Shown piece by piece: positions 1 through 9,694 of a DNA stretch of 64,000 bases (position 1 is its first letter; every line of letters starts with the position of its first letter). The DNA lies in assembly GCA_965262615.1 (NCBI GenBank), contig OZ253545.1:1120001-1184000 (forward strand), in the 5' to 3' direction. Made by a program: the position numbers and the translations under genes. This stretch comes from Alphaproteobacteria bacterium (GTDB lineage: Bacteria > Pseudomonadota > Alphaproteobacteria > GM7ARS4 > G965262615). The notes under the pieces are model-generated. The model worked only from the letters and a program-made list of their open reading frames with translations, was not told where the DNA came from and made no database searches.

Positions 1-787
1 CCACCACCGCACCGCCTCCTCTTTATCCTTATCCACACCGTTGCCATTAAGATAAGCCAAGCCAAGATTGTATTGAGCTTTGGCATAATTTTGTTTGACA
101 GCTTCTTTGTACCATCGCACTGCTTTCTCTTCATCCTTACCCACACCATTGCCATTTTCATACATCACGCCAAGATTATATTGAGCTTGAACAATTCCTT
201 GTTGGGCAGCTTCTTGCCACCACCGCACGGCTTCTGTTTGATTCTGCGTCACACCCTCGCCATTGAAATACATCACACCGAGATTATATTGTGCTTCGGC
301 ATGACCCTTCTGGGCTGCGCTTTTGAAGTGCTGCAACGCTTTTACCTTATTTGGCTTCATCACTATCACCACTGTAATACCTCATACCAAGCCTGAATGC
401 TTCTTCGGCTTCGTATTTATTTTTCTTGTCTCGCATGAATAAAAGCTCGCCAAGAATTGGAATTCCGATGACTAAAACAATACTAATTGCAAAACCTGAC
501 AAAAGAACGAGCAGAACAACAAACCCCCAAAAAATGAAGGATGCATCCATATGTGCCACCAGCCAGTTTTCTTGCAAACTTGACAGAGCATCCGCCAATG
601 CACTAATAGCTAGGGATGAAAAATAAACAATGGGAAGAAAGAATACCGCAAGCCAAAAAAAGTTATGCCAATACCTTGGCAGGTTCTTCATGAAGGCTGA
701 AACTTCAGATTCTCTAAGGTCACCTATTACTTGATGCTCTGGACGCACAGAGGCTACAAAACCGCTAGTATTTTCATTCTCACCCAT
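1..787 (-). pseudogene. Membrane-anchored Sel1-repeat protein, split by a frameshift near 361 and running off the left edge
   Basis: ORF 347..787 has TM helices and ends EAFRLGMRYYSGDS. Sel1 repeats continue in another frame from ATG 360 (MKPNKVKALQHFKSAAQKGHAEAQYNLGVMYFNGEGV...). Confidence 0.75.
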
Positions 788-821
788 CCTCCTATTATAT
801 CCCCGTCCATATTTTTTGCAA
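788..821 (-). promoter_or_regulatory. Sigma70-like promoter, leaderless type
   Basis: TTGCAA-N16-TATAAT-6 nt-ATG(787) on the minus strand. Confidence 0.6.
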
Positions 822-882
822 CACTTTGCGGGGATTCATCACAAGGGGTGGAGCTGGCGAGGGCGCAATTGATGCCTTGGCA

Positions 883-2166
883 TCACTCACTGTACAGTTG
901 AAGTAAAGCCTCTCGGGCATCGGCATGACCTTGCTCAGCAGCTTTTTGCCACCATTTCACCACTTTTTCATAATTTCGCGCCACCCCCTCACCGTTGGCA
1001 TACATCTCACCAAGATTGAATTGGGCTTCAGCATTCCCTTGTTTGGCAGCTTTTTGATACCACTGCACCGCTTTTTTCTGATCCTGCGTTACCCCCTCAC
1101 CTTCGTCATACATCATACCAAGATATAATTGTGCTAGGGCATAACCTTGTTTGGCAGCTTTTTGCCACCATTCTATCGCTTTTTCCATATTCTGCCTCAA
1201 TCCCCCCTCACCATCGGCATACATGACAGCAAGCATGAATTGGGCTTTGGCGACACCTTGTTGGGCAGCTTGTTGTAACCAGAACACCGCTTTTCCCTTA
1301 TCCTGTGCCACCTCCTCACCGTTCACATACATGACACCAAGAGCTGTTTGAGCTAGGGCATCACCTTGTTGGGCAGCTTTTTGCCACCATTCTATCGCTT
1401 TTTCCTTATCCTGCCTCAATCCCCCCTGCCCTTTGCCGTACATGAGACCAAAATTATATTGGGCTTCAGCATTCCCTTGTTCAGCAGCTTTTTGCCACAA
1501 TTCCACCGCTTTTTCATAATCTTGCGTCACTCCCTTACCGCCATGATACATCAAGCCAAGATTAAATTGAGCATCAGCATAATCTTGTTGGGCAGCTTTT
1601 GTGTACCACTTGACCGCTTCTTTTTTATCCTGCGTCACACCATAGCCATTGGCATAAGCCACACCAAGATTATATTGAGCTGGAGCATCACCTTGCTCAG
1701 CTGCTTTTTGATACCATTGCACCGCTTTTTCATAATTTTGCGTCACCCCCTTACCGGACTCATACATGACACCAAGACCGAATTGGGCTTCGGCAATACC
1801 TTGCTCGGCAGCTTTTAGCCACCATTCCGCCGCTTTTTCATAATTCTGAGTCACCCCATAACCATTGGCATACATGACACCAAGAGAAAATTGGGCTTGA
1901 ACAATATCTTGTTGGGCAGCTTTTTGATACCAGAACATCGCTTTTTCATAATCCTGCGTCACCCCCTCACCGTTGAAATACATAAAGCCAAGATTGTGTT
2001 GGGCTTCGGCATCCCCTTGTTTGGCAGATTGCAATATCTCATATTGCTCATCTGATAACGCTACCGCCACTGAGCTCAAGGCAGGGAATGTAATAAAGAC
2101 AGTGACAAGCAAGAACGCCGCGCGACTCACACGCCGCGCCGATATCTTTGTTTCGTTCCAATTCAT
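883..2166 (-). CDS. Secreted Sel1-repeat protein (about 10 repeats)
   Basis: AQxNLGxMYxxGxGVxQDxEKAxxWxxKAAxQG 36-aa repeats after a signal-like N-terminus. Start placed at MNWNET because TTGCAA-N16-TATAGT lies 6 nt upstream. Confidence 0.9.
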   Translation of the reverse strand: MNWNETKISARRVSRAAFLLVTVFITFPALSSVAVALSDEQYEILQSAKQGDAEAQHNLGFMYFNGEGVTQDYEKAMFWYQKAAQQDIVQAQFSLGVMYANGYGVTQNYEKAAEWWLKAAEQGIAEAQFGLGVMYESGKGVTQNYEKAVQWYQKAAEQGDAPAQYNLGVAYANGYGVTQDKKEAVKWYTKAAQQDYADAQFNLGLMYHGGKGVTQDYEKAVELWQKAAEQGNAEAQYNFGLMYGKGQGGLRQDKEKAIEWWQKAAQQGDALAQTALGVMYVNGEEVAQDKGKAVFWLQQAAQQGVAKAQFMLAVMYADGEGGLRQNMEKAIEWWQKAAKQGYALAQLYLGMMYDEGEGVTQDQKKAVQWYQKAAKQGNAEAQFNLGEMYANGEGVARNYEKVVKWWQKAAEQGHADAREALLQLYSE

Positions 2167-2230
2167 CCAATCACTATACCCCTCGCCCATCTTTTTGCAA
2201 CACTTAGCGACACTGTGTCACCAATGGTGC

Positions 2231-2848
2231 ATGAAACATTTGACCCTTTGTCTTTTATCTTCGTTTTTTCTATCGTCTGTGGCATTGGCGGAGTCCTCGT
2301 CGCCGTTTGATGCCATGGGGGTGCGTGATGTGATGGCATCGGCGCGGGCTGGCGACAAAGAGGCGCAACATGCCCTCGCCATGCGCTATTATCACGGACG
2401 CGGCATCAAGCAGAATCTGGAAAAGGCCTATGAGTGGCACACCAAAGCCGCCATGCAAGATCACAGCGAGTCGCTGAACGAATTGGGATGGATGCACCTC
2501 AACGGTGAGTTCGTGCCGCAAGACGAAGACATCGCCATCGCCTTTTATGAGCGTTCGGCGGCGTTGGGCAATCCTCATGGGTGTGCGCATCTGGCGGAGA
2601 TTTTTGCCATGCGCGGCGACTTCATGAACGCCACCATGCACCTGATGATGGCCAGCGACCCCACCGCAAGCCGCTATGTCATGAGCATGGGACACGCCGA
2701 CCCAGAACTCCTCAAAATGCAAATCATGGATGAACTCACCCCCGAGCAGCTCATCACCGCTCGCCACAACGCCATGACATGGCAGCATCAACGGCGCGAC
2801 ACCATGAACAATCAATCGCCCCTGCCCTTTGCGGTGAGCTTTCAATAA
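2231..2848 (+). CDS. Secreted Sel1-repeat protein, divergent and GC-richer than the others
   Basis: Signal peptide MKHLTLCLLSSFFLSSVALA; 2-3 Sel1 repeats; C-terminal LTPEQLITA motif. Confidence 0.8.
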   Translation: MKHLTLCLLSSFFLSSVALAESSSPFDAMGVRDVMASARAGDKEAQHALAMRYYHGRGIKQNLEKAYEWHTKAAMQDHSESLNELGWMHLNGEFVPQDEDIAIAFYERSAALGNPHGCAHLAEIFAMRGDFMNATMHLMMASDPTASRYVMSMGHADPELLKMQIMDELTPEQLITARHNAMTWQHQRRDTMNNQSPLPFAVSFQ

Positions 2849-2988
2849 ATTATCGCTCATTCGCCCCGCTCCCCTTCACCGGGGGGCGAGGCGCGCGGCT
2901 TGTTTTGATGATCGCTCACATGAATTGCCACACAGAGCGTGGCGCGCGAGGCATTGTTTTAATGATCACTTTTTGCTACAGTCCTTCT

Positions 2989-4134
2989 ATGGATGGTCAG
3001 ACACATGTCTCACTGCGTCAAAAAATTGACCACATCCGCACGATCCTGTCGCAAGAATATCAAAGAAAACACAAAGTCCCCTGGATTATCGCCTATTCGG
3101 GCGGTAAAGACAGCACATTTCTTTTGCATCTTGTCATGGAGTGCCTGCACAATGTGCCTGAAGAAAAGCGGGTGCGTCCTGTTTATGTTGTGTCCAATGA
3201 TACCCTTGTGGAAAGTCCGCTTGTGAGTGAGCATTTACACAAAAGCATGAAGAAAATCAAATCATCGGCAAAAAAGCTTAATCTGCCCATCACCGCCACA
3301 ATCACAGAGCCAGCACATTCCGATTCCTTTTGGGTGCAAGTCATTGGCAAAGGATACCCAACGCCCAATCGTATGTTTCGCTGGTGCACCGACCGTCTTA
3401 AAATCAAGCCCTCAACGGAATTCATCAAAAAGCAAGTGAGCCAAAGCGGCAATGTGATTTTACTCATGGGGACACGCAAATCAGAAAGTGCCTCAAGAGC
3501 CGCATCCATCAATCGCCACAAACGCAAAGGCAACAGCATTTACAGTGACCACAATTCGCTGGAGCATTGCAAGGTCTTGTCCCCCATCGTGGATTTTGAG
3601 GATGATGAACTATGGACATTTCTTTTGCAATCCAAGCCCCCCTGGGGAGGCAGCTATCGCAATTTGATTACATTGTATCGCAATGCGCGCGGCGGCGAAT
3701 GCCCCACCGTCTTGAGCAAAACCGAAGCCCCAGGGTGCGGTTCGGCATCGCCGCGTTTTGGCTGTTGGGTCTGCACCGTGGTGGAAAAGGATAGCAGTCT
3801 TGAAGGATTGGTGGATTCGGGCTTTGAGCAGTTTGAGGCATTGGTGGATTTTCGCTTATGGCTACTGGAAATAAGAAGTGACCCCACATATCGCCTCGCC
3901 ATTGACCGCAGAGGCAAAATCCGCACGAGAAAAGACGGCACAATCATGCCAAGAGCCTTTACAATTAAGGCGCGTGAGAAAATTTTGCAAAAACTATTGG
4001 AACTGCAAGAAGAAATGGCGATGAAATTAATTACGCCCCAAGAGATTGAAACAATTCGCGAAATATGGCAAAAAGACAAAGTGATGTTGAACAAGTCACC
4101 ACACAAAAACACACGCCCCGTGTGTGTCATCTAA
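2989..4134 (+). CDS. dndC: DNA phosphorothioation sulfurtransferase DndC-like (PAPS reductase family)
   Basis: IAYSGGKDS, NDTLVESP, FWVQVIGKGYPTP, FRWCTDRLKIKP, GTRKSES and PRFGCWVCTVV motifs. TTGTTT-N17-TACAGT lies 6 nt before ATG 2989. Confidence 0.85.
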   Translation: MDGQTHVSLRQKIDHIRTILSQEYQRKHKVPWIIAYSGGKDSTFLLHLVMECLHNVPEEKRVRPVYVVSNDTLVESPLVSEHLHKSMKKIKSSAKKLNLPITATITEPAHSDSFWVQVIGKGYPTPNRMFRWCTDRLKIKPSTEFIKKQVSQSGNVILLMGTRKSESASRAASINRHKRKGNSIYSDHNSLEHCKVLSPIVDFEDDELWTFLLQSKPPWGGSYRNLITLYRNARGGECPTVLSKTEAPGCGSASPRFGCWVCTVVEKDSSLEGLVDSGFEQFEALVDFRLWLLEIRSDPTYRLAIDRRGKIRTRKDGTIMPRAFTIKAREKILQKLLELQEEMAMKLITPQEIETIREIWQKDKVMLNKSPHKNTRPVCVI

Positions 4135-4152
4135 TCAGTCGGAGTATTCCAA

Positions 4153-5937
4153 ATGACGACAGAAAATGACGACTTGACAATCAGAGAAATGCCTGTTGGG
4201 GAAATTCTCGGAGGAAAATTTCTCGTTCCAGAATATCAGCGCGGCTATCGTTGGAGTAGAGACGAGGTTATAGAACTTCTTGAAGACATTCAAGATGCCC
4301 TCAATGATGGCGATGACTACTATTTCATTGGCTCTTTCAATTTGATTAACGATAATCCAAACAAACCTTTTGAGGTTGTTGATGGGCAACAAAGATTGAC
4401 AACAATTTCATTAATCGCAAGAGAAGCGCGCTTTTTGTTGCAAAAAGAGACTTCTAATTTGGGAGAAGAAGGGGTGGTTCATCTTATGTCAGCCCTTCTT
4501 AAAATTTCAGACGAGGTTGTTCACTTTGATCGAAAAAGTGAACGAGAAGGATTTGAAAAACTTATGAAAGGCGACGCTACGAGCCACGACCAAATGTCAG
4601 TTGCTTCGAAAGAAGTAAAAGAATTTATAAAAAGAAAAAAAGAAGAGACCTCTCATGTAGGAAATACCGATGAGCTTGTTAGGTATATGAATTACCTTCT
4701 CAACAATGTGAAGGTAGTTTTTATCGTTGTTAAAGATGAAAAGATTGCATACAAAATTTTTGAAGCTCTTAATCTTCGGGGCAAACCTCTTGGCACGATA
4801 GATTCAATAAGAATTTTTGTGTTCCGAAATATCAACAGGGAAAAATTTGAGTACTGCTTCAAATTGTGGGAAGACTTGGAGAATACCATGAGAATGACCC
4901 ACAAAAGAGTTGATGACCTTATGACTCAAATGTTTAATACATTCTTTGAGTGTCATAGAGGCATTAGAATTGAGGAAAATCACTTGTTCTCTAAAGTGGA
5001 GAATTCCTTTAAGCAGGAAGCACAAGATGAAAAAGAAAAAGAAAAAGAAAGCCAGAAAATATATCTGGATTTTTTTGAGAAAATCGTATCTATAGATGGT
5101 GGTAGCAAGAAAAATTTTCCTAACTATTACTTGGCTTCTGTTAAGCATGACCATGACCTGTGGAAAAAATTGGATGTGCCGATTTTTTTCAGAGAAGCTT
5201 TGTGCGGAACTAAAATATGGGATGGAAATAAAATATGCAGAGCTCCCATTGCTGCTATGTTTCATGCGTTAAATATGCCAAAACCTCGCATTACAACAGA
5301 ACAAGCTAACAATATTATGCATGACATGTACAGCTTAATTTCTCGCCTTGAAGCGTTGGGAATTCTTCGCGGGCAAAATGTATCAAAATGCAATTCTCGG
5401 CTAGCTGCTTTTGCTAAAAAACTCATCTATACAGAAGAAAATTTTGAGACAATCGCTCAAGAACTTTTTCAAGGCATCCATGACCAAGTTGATGGGGTCA
5501 TGTCTGATAAAGATTTTAGAGTTGAAATGACGGCTAATAAAAAAGTCAGAAGAGACAAAGCAAAAAGATTATTGCGGGATATTGAATTTGCCCGTAACAA
5601 GCAACTTGCCAATGTGGGTAAAGAAATTCACATTGAACACATTTTGCCTCAAAATCCAAATGAAAAAGATTGGAAAGATTTTTCAGTGGAAGATAGGGAT
5701 TACCACACAAATCGCATTGGTAATTTTGCTTTGTTATTGGATGTTGATAATCAAAGAATCGGCAATAAGCCTTTTGCTGATAAAGTGCTTGTATACGCCG
5801 AAAACACGATAACAACAACGAATGAATTAGCCAAAAACACAGATTGGACAAAAGATGATATTGATGAACGCAGTAAGCGGCTGGCAAAAGAGATTGCTGG
5901 TGTATGGAATTTCCATTACTACAACCCCTCACCCTGA
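4153..5937 (+). CDS. DUF262 + DUF1524 (HNH) protein, GmrSD/SspE-like nuclease
   Basis: VPEYQRGYRW, VVDGQQRLTT, FEALNLRGKPL, IEHILPQN and RIGNFALL...N...GNKPF motifs; low GC; GGAG at 4141. Confidence 0.88.
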   Translation: MTTENDDLTIREMPVGEILGGKFLVPEYQRGYRWSRDEVIELLEDIQDALNDGDDYYFIGSFNLINDNPNKPFEVVDGQQRLTTISLIAREARFLLQKETSNLGEEGVVHLMSALLKISDEVVHFDRKSEREGFEKLMKGDATSHDQMSVASKEVKEFIKRKKEETSHVGNTDELVRYMNYLLNNVKVVFIVVKDEKIAYKIFEALNLRGKPLGTIDSIRIFVFRNINREKFEYCFKLWEDLENTMRMTHKRVDDLMTQMFNTFFECHRGIRIEENHLFSKVENSFKQEAQDEKEKEKESQKIYLDFFEKIVSIDGGSKKNFPNYYLASVKHDHDLWKKLDVPIFFREALCGTKIWDGNKICRAPIAAMFHALNMPKPRITTEQANNIMHDMYSLISRLEALGILRGQNVSKCNSRLAAFAKKLIYTEENFETIAQELFQGIHDQVDGVMSDKDFRVEMTANKKVRRDKAKRLLRDIEFARNKQLANVGKEIHIEHILPQNPNEKDWKDFSVEDRDYHTNRIGNFALLLDVDNQRIGNKPFADKVLVYAENTITTTNELAKNTDWTKDDIDERSKRLAKEIAGVWNFHYYNPSP

Positions 5938-6294
5938 GGGTGATTCTAGCAAATCTAATAACGCTTGAATTTTTATTGGTTTTTTCATGAGATGGAGCGT
6001 CATGCCGCGAGGTGATTCCACCGAATTTCGTGATTCCATCGCCTCGCCGCTGAGCATAATCAGATGGGTGATGCCCAGCGCGCGCCACTCATCTGCTGGT
6101 GGGGTGCGTGCGGCGTGGGAGGCTGTCTGGCGGTCGTAAATGAGAGTCACTCGTTTGTGCGGCGGCGGTGCGGTGAGCTCCTTCTTTTGCTTGACCTCTA
6201 TTTTTGCTATGACTTGCTCTATGATGCGTTTGAGTTCCCGCAAGAACAATGCGTCACTGACATCCAGAATCACAAGGTGATGGCGACTTTTCAT
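5929..6294 (-). CDS. Degenerate receiver-domain-like protein
   Basis: IMLSG...LMKKPIKIQALL resembles the receiver beta4/beta5 KP motif; start uncertain. Confidence 0.45.
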   Translation of the reverse strand: MKSRHHLVILDVSDALFLRELKRIIEQVIAKIEVKQKKELTAPPPHKRVTLIYDRQTASHAARTPPADEWRALGITHLIMLSGEAMESRNSVESPRGMTLHLMKKPIKIQALLDLLESPSG

Positions 6295-6816
6295 ATTTTT
6301 CACACCCCTCACACTCCTTTTCGCGCCCATGCGGGCATTGTCAGATGGCGGCACCATACCATCTCTTGCCTGCTGGGCAAAGCGGGCGTGACGCGCCACA
6401 AGAAAGAAGGCGATGGCGCAACGCCCGTGGGCATCATGCGGGGACACGCATTGTTCTACCGCAGCGACCGCATCCCGCCGCCGCCGTGCCCCATCACCCC
6501 CCGACCCATCCGCCGCTCCATGCGCTACTGTGATGACCCCGCCTCCCCTCTTTACAACCGCCTGTTTTTCACCTCATCCCCGCCGTCATGTTCTCATGAG
6601 CGATTGTGGCGCAATGACGGCATCTACGACATCATCCTCATCCTCACCCACAATCGCCACCCCAAAGTCGCGGGACACGGCAGCGCAATCTTCATTCATC
6701 TAGCAGACAATGAAACCTCCCACACCCAAGGCTGCATAGCTTGTCACTATGACGATTTGTGCAATTTGTTGTCTCATGTCTCTCGCTCAAGTCGCTTTAT
6801 CATCCATCCCTCATGA
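6280..6816 (+). CDS. L,D-transpeptidase (YkuD-like) family protein
   Basis: KKEGDGATPVG, CDDPASPLYN, GSAIFIH...TQGCIA (catalytic His/Cys). Confidence 0.85.
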   Translation: MATFHIFHTPHTPFRAHAGIVRWRHHTISCLLGKAGVTRHKKEGDGATPVGIMRGHALFYRSDRIPPPPCPITPRPIRRSMRYCDDPASPLYNRLFFTSSPPSCSHERLWRNDGIYDIILILTHNRHPKVAGHGSAIFIHLADNETSHTQGCIACHYDDLCNLLSHVSRSSRFIIHPS

Positions 6817-6878
6817 TGCGTCTTTCCCCGCACCCCGTCCAATTGCAACAAAGCGATGGAATATGGTAGGATAAGGGT

Positions 6879-8165
6879 ATGTCTGACAAAGCACCCAAAG
6901 CCATTGACAAAACTAGTGAACCTGTGCCTGAGCCCACAAAAGACACTACCAGCAGTGGGTTGGATTATGTGCATCCTGATGCCGTTAACAAATTTATGAA
7001 CCTGACGTTGGACAAAATACCTGAGCAATTGCTCGAGCTTTTAGGTGGAACTGCTTTTTTATTAGCTCTTTTTTATTTTTCTGCCATCATTATTAAAAAA
7101 TGGTTGGAAGCTTTAACACTTTATTCCAAAGATGTTACTGCACATTCGGCTATGAAGCGTTCCCTCTATGCCTCCCTCTATGCCTTTATCGTTATATTTG
7201 CTACAACAGCTATTTATTCAGCGATTGTAACTATCGAAGATTTATTGCCCGAAGAAGGGCAAGATGAATACGAGCGTGGTATAAGGTATTATTACGGGAT
7301 TGGCGTACCAAAAGATTACAAGAAAGCAGCTGAATGGTATCAAGAAGCTGCCGACCAAGGACTCGCCCAAGCCCAAAATAATCTTGGTGTGAGGTATGAG
7401 CGCGGCGAGGGTGTACCACAGGATTATGAAAAAGCGGTGGAATGGTATCAAGAGGCTGCCGACCAAGGACTCGCCCAAGCCCAAAACAATCTTGGTGTGA
7501 TGTATGCCAACGGTTATGGGGTGACACAGGATTATAAAAAAGCGGTGGAATGGTATCAAAAAGCTGCCAAGCAAGGAAATGCCCAAGCCCAAAACAATCT
7601 TGGTGATATGTATTACAGTGGTGATGGTGTGCCACAGGATTATAAAAAAGCGGTGAAATTCTATCAAGAAGCTGCCGACCAAGGACTCGCCCAAGCCCAA
7701 AGCAATCTTGGTTGGATGTATTACAACGGTTATGGTGTGACGCAGGATAGAAAAGAAGCTGTGGAATGGTGGCAAAAAGCTGCCGAGCAAGGATTCGCCA
7801 AAGCCCAGTTTAATCTTGGTGCGGCGTATATCAAAGGTGATGATGTTAAGCAGGATTATGAAAAAGCGTTTGAATGGTATCAAAAAGCTGCCGAGCAAGG
7901 TTATGTCCAAGCCCAAACCAGTTTTGGTTTCATGTATGCCATGGGGCAGGGGGTGACGCAGGATTATAGAAAAGCGAAGGAGTGGTGGGAAAAAGCTGCC
8001 GACCAAGGGGATGCCCAAGCCCAATTCAATCTTGGTTGGATGTATGAACACGGTGACGGGGTGACGAAAGATATAAAAAAAGCGATTGAATGGTATGAAA
8101 AAGCTGCCAAGCGAGGTCTTGAGGTAGCTATAGATGCTCTCAAAAGATTAAATAAAAACAAGTGA
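6879..8165 (+). CDS. Membrane-anchored Sel1-repeat protein (about 8 repeats)
   Basis: Two N-terminal TM segments followed by Sel1 repeats; TTGCAA-N18-TAGGAT 6 nt before the ATG. Confidence 0.9.
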   Translation: MSDKAPKAIDKTSEPVPEPTKDTTSSGLDYVHPDAVNKFMNLTLDKIPEQLLELLGGTAFLLALFYFSAIIIKKWLEALTLYSKDVTAHSAMKRSLYASLYAFIVIFATTAIYSAIVTIEDLLPEEGQDEYERGIRYYYGIGVPKDYKKAAEWYQEAADQGLAQAQNNLGVRYERGEGVPQDYEKAVEWYQEAADQGLAQAQNNLGVMYANGYGVTQDYKKAVEWYQKAAKQGNAQAQNNLGDMYYSGDGVPQDYKKAVKFYQEAADQGLAQAQSNLGWMYYNGYGVTQDRKEAVEWWQKAAEQGFAKAQFNLGAAYIKGDDVKQDYEKAFEWYQKAAEQGYVQAQTSFGFMYAMGQGVTQDYRKAKEWWEKAADQGDAQAQFNLGWMYEHGDGVTKDIKKAIEWYEKAAKRGLEVAIDALKRLNKNK

Positions 8166-8892
8166 TACCATCGCCATCTCTTCCGTGTTGTGAAGAATGT
8201 GGCGATGGGATATGGTGAGGGGATGGGTTGGAATAAAGCAAATGTATTGGCGAGGCGTGGTGGTGGCACGGCGTTTTTGTTTGCCATTGTCGTCATTGCT
8301 CATACGGGCTGGATGGCGAGCGTGGCTCATGCTGATGCAACGGAAGAAGTGCAACAATGGATAGAATTCGCGAAGGGAGGCAGTGCCTTTTACCAAAACG
8401 AGGTTGGTTCTGCGTATGCCGATGGTCGGGGTGTCACGAAGGATTATGAAGAAGCGGTGTTCTGGTATCGCAGAGCCGCCGAACAAGGAAATGCCCTCGC
8501 CCAAGCCAATCTTGGGGTGATGTATAGGGATGGGATGGGTGTCACGCAGGATGATGAGGAAGCGGTGGAATGGTGGAAAAAAGCCGCCGAGCAAGAGAAT
8601 GCCATAGCTCAATTCAATCTTGGGGTGATGTATGGCAAGGGGATAGGCGTGGCACAGAGTGATGAAAAAGCCGTCTATTGGCTCACAAAAGCCGCCGAAC
8701 AAGGCGATGAAGATGCAACAGAAGTTCTCAAAACATTAGAAGAGTTAGAAAACAACAAGTGATACTATCCCCATCTCTTCCGTGTTGTGAAGAATGTGGC
8801 GATGGGATATGGTGGGGGCATGAATTGGAATAAAGCAAATGTATTGGCGAGGCGTGGTGGTGGCATGGCTTTTTTGTTTGTCATTGTCGTCA
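8157..8892 (+). repeat. About 135-bp direct repeat (8157-8292 and 8754-8892) covering stop, promoter and signal-peptide start
   Basis: AACAAGTGATAC..CCATCTCTTCCGTGTTGTGAAGAATGTGGCGATGGGATATGGTG..TGGAATAAAGCAAATGTATTGGCGAGGCGTGGTGGTGGCA occurs twice. Confidence 0.9.
8223..8762 (+). CDS. Secreted Sel1-repeat protein (3 repeats)
   Basis: TTGTGA-N17-TATGGT-6 nt-ATG 8223; signal ends SVAHA. Confidence 0.88.
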   Translation: MGWNKANVLARRGGGTAFLFAIVVIAHTGWMASVAHADATEEVQQWIEFAKGGSAFYQNEVGSAYADGRGVTKDYEEAVFWYRRAAEQGNALAQANLGVMYRDGMGVTQDDEEAVEWWKKAAEQENAIAQFNLGVMYGKGIGVAQSDEKAVYWLTKAAEQGDEDATEVLKTLEELENNK

Positions 8893-9677
8893 CATCTTTT
8901 TCCTTGAGTGCGGTGGCGGAGGATGACTTATCACAATTGGAAATTCTGGCAGAACAGGGGAATCCCTACGCCCAAAACGATCTTGGTGTCATGTATGAGG
9001 GCGGTGAGAGGGTGACGCAGGATTATGAAAAAGCGGTGTTTTGGTATCAACGCGCCGCTGAGCAGGGGTATGATGTCGCCCAATCCAATCTTGGCAATAT
9101 GTATGACAGAGGCGATGGGGTGGCGCAGGATTATGAAGAGGCGGCTGAGTGGTATCAAAAAGCTGCTGAACAAGGCTATGCCCAAGCCCAATACAATCTT
9201 GGTGTGATGTATGCTGAAGGTGAAGGGGTGATGCGAGATTATGAAAAGGTGGTGGAATGGTGGCAAAAAGCTGCCGACCAAGGTTTTGCCGATGCCCAAT
9301 ACAATCTTGGCTGGCTCTATTACTACGGCGAGGGAGTGACGCAGGATTATCAAAAAGCGGCTGAGTGGTATAGGCAAGCTGCTGGGCAAAATCATCACAT
9401 TGCTCAGGCTCGGCTGGGTGTCATGGTTGCCAAGGGTTATGGGGTGAGGCAGGATGATGAAAAAGCGATGGAATGGTATCAAAAAGCGGAGGGACAAATC
9501 AAAAAGGATGCTGAGCGGGGCGATGACTATGCTCAATACACTCTTGGCTGGCTTTATGCTCAAGGTGGCGGAGCCAATCCCAGCATGCAACAGGCGATAA
9601 AATGGCTACGCAAAGCCGCAGAGCAAGGGAGTTCATTTGCTCACGATGAGCTCAAAAGATTAGAAAAAAACAACTAA
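8820..9677 (+). CDS. Secreted Sel1-repeat protein (about 6 repeats)
   Basis: Same promoter module as the 8223 gene; Sel1 consensus repeats. Confidence 0.88.
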   Translation: MNWNKANVLARRGGGMAFLFVIVVTSFSLSAVAEDDLSQLEILAEQGNPYAQNDLGVMYEGGERVTQDYEKAVFWYQRAAEQGYDVAQSNLGNMYDRGDGVAQDYEEAAEWYQKAAEQGYAQAQYNLGVMYAEGEGVMRDYEKVVEWWQKAADQGFADAQYNLGWLYYYGEGVTQDYQKAAEWYRQAAGQNHHIAQARLGVMVAKGYGVRQDDEKAMEWYQKAEGQIKKDAERGDDYAQYTLGWLYAQGGGANPSMQQAIKWLRKAAEQGSSFAHDELKRLEKNN

Positions 9678-9694
9678 TTCGCGCGCCTCTCTCA

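Noticed and set aside
2130-8870. Tat signal peptides on Sel1 proteins (ARR..AFL)
   Set aside because: The spacing does not match S/T-R-R-x-F-L, so I could not support the call without a predictor.
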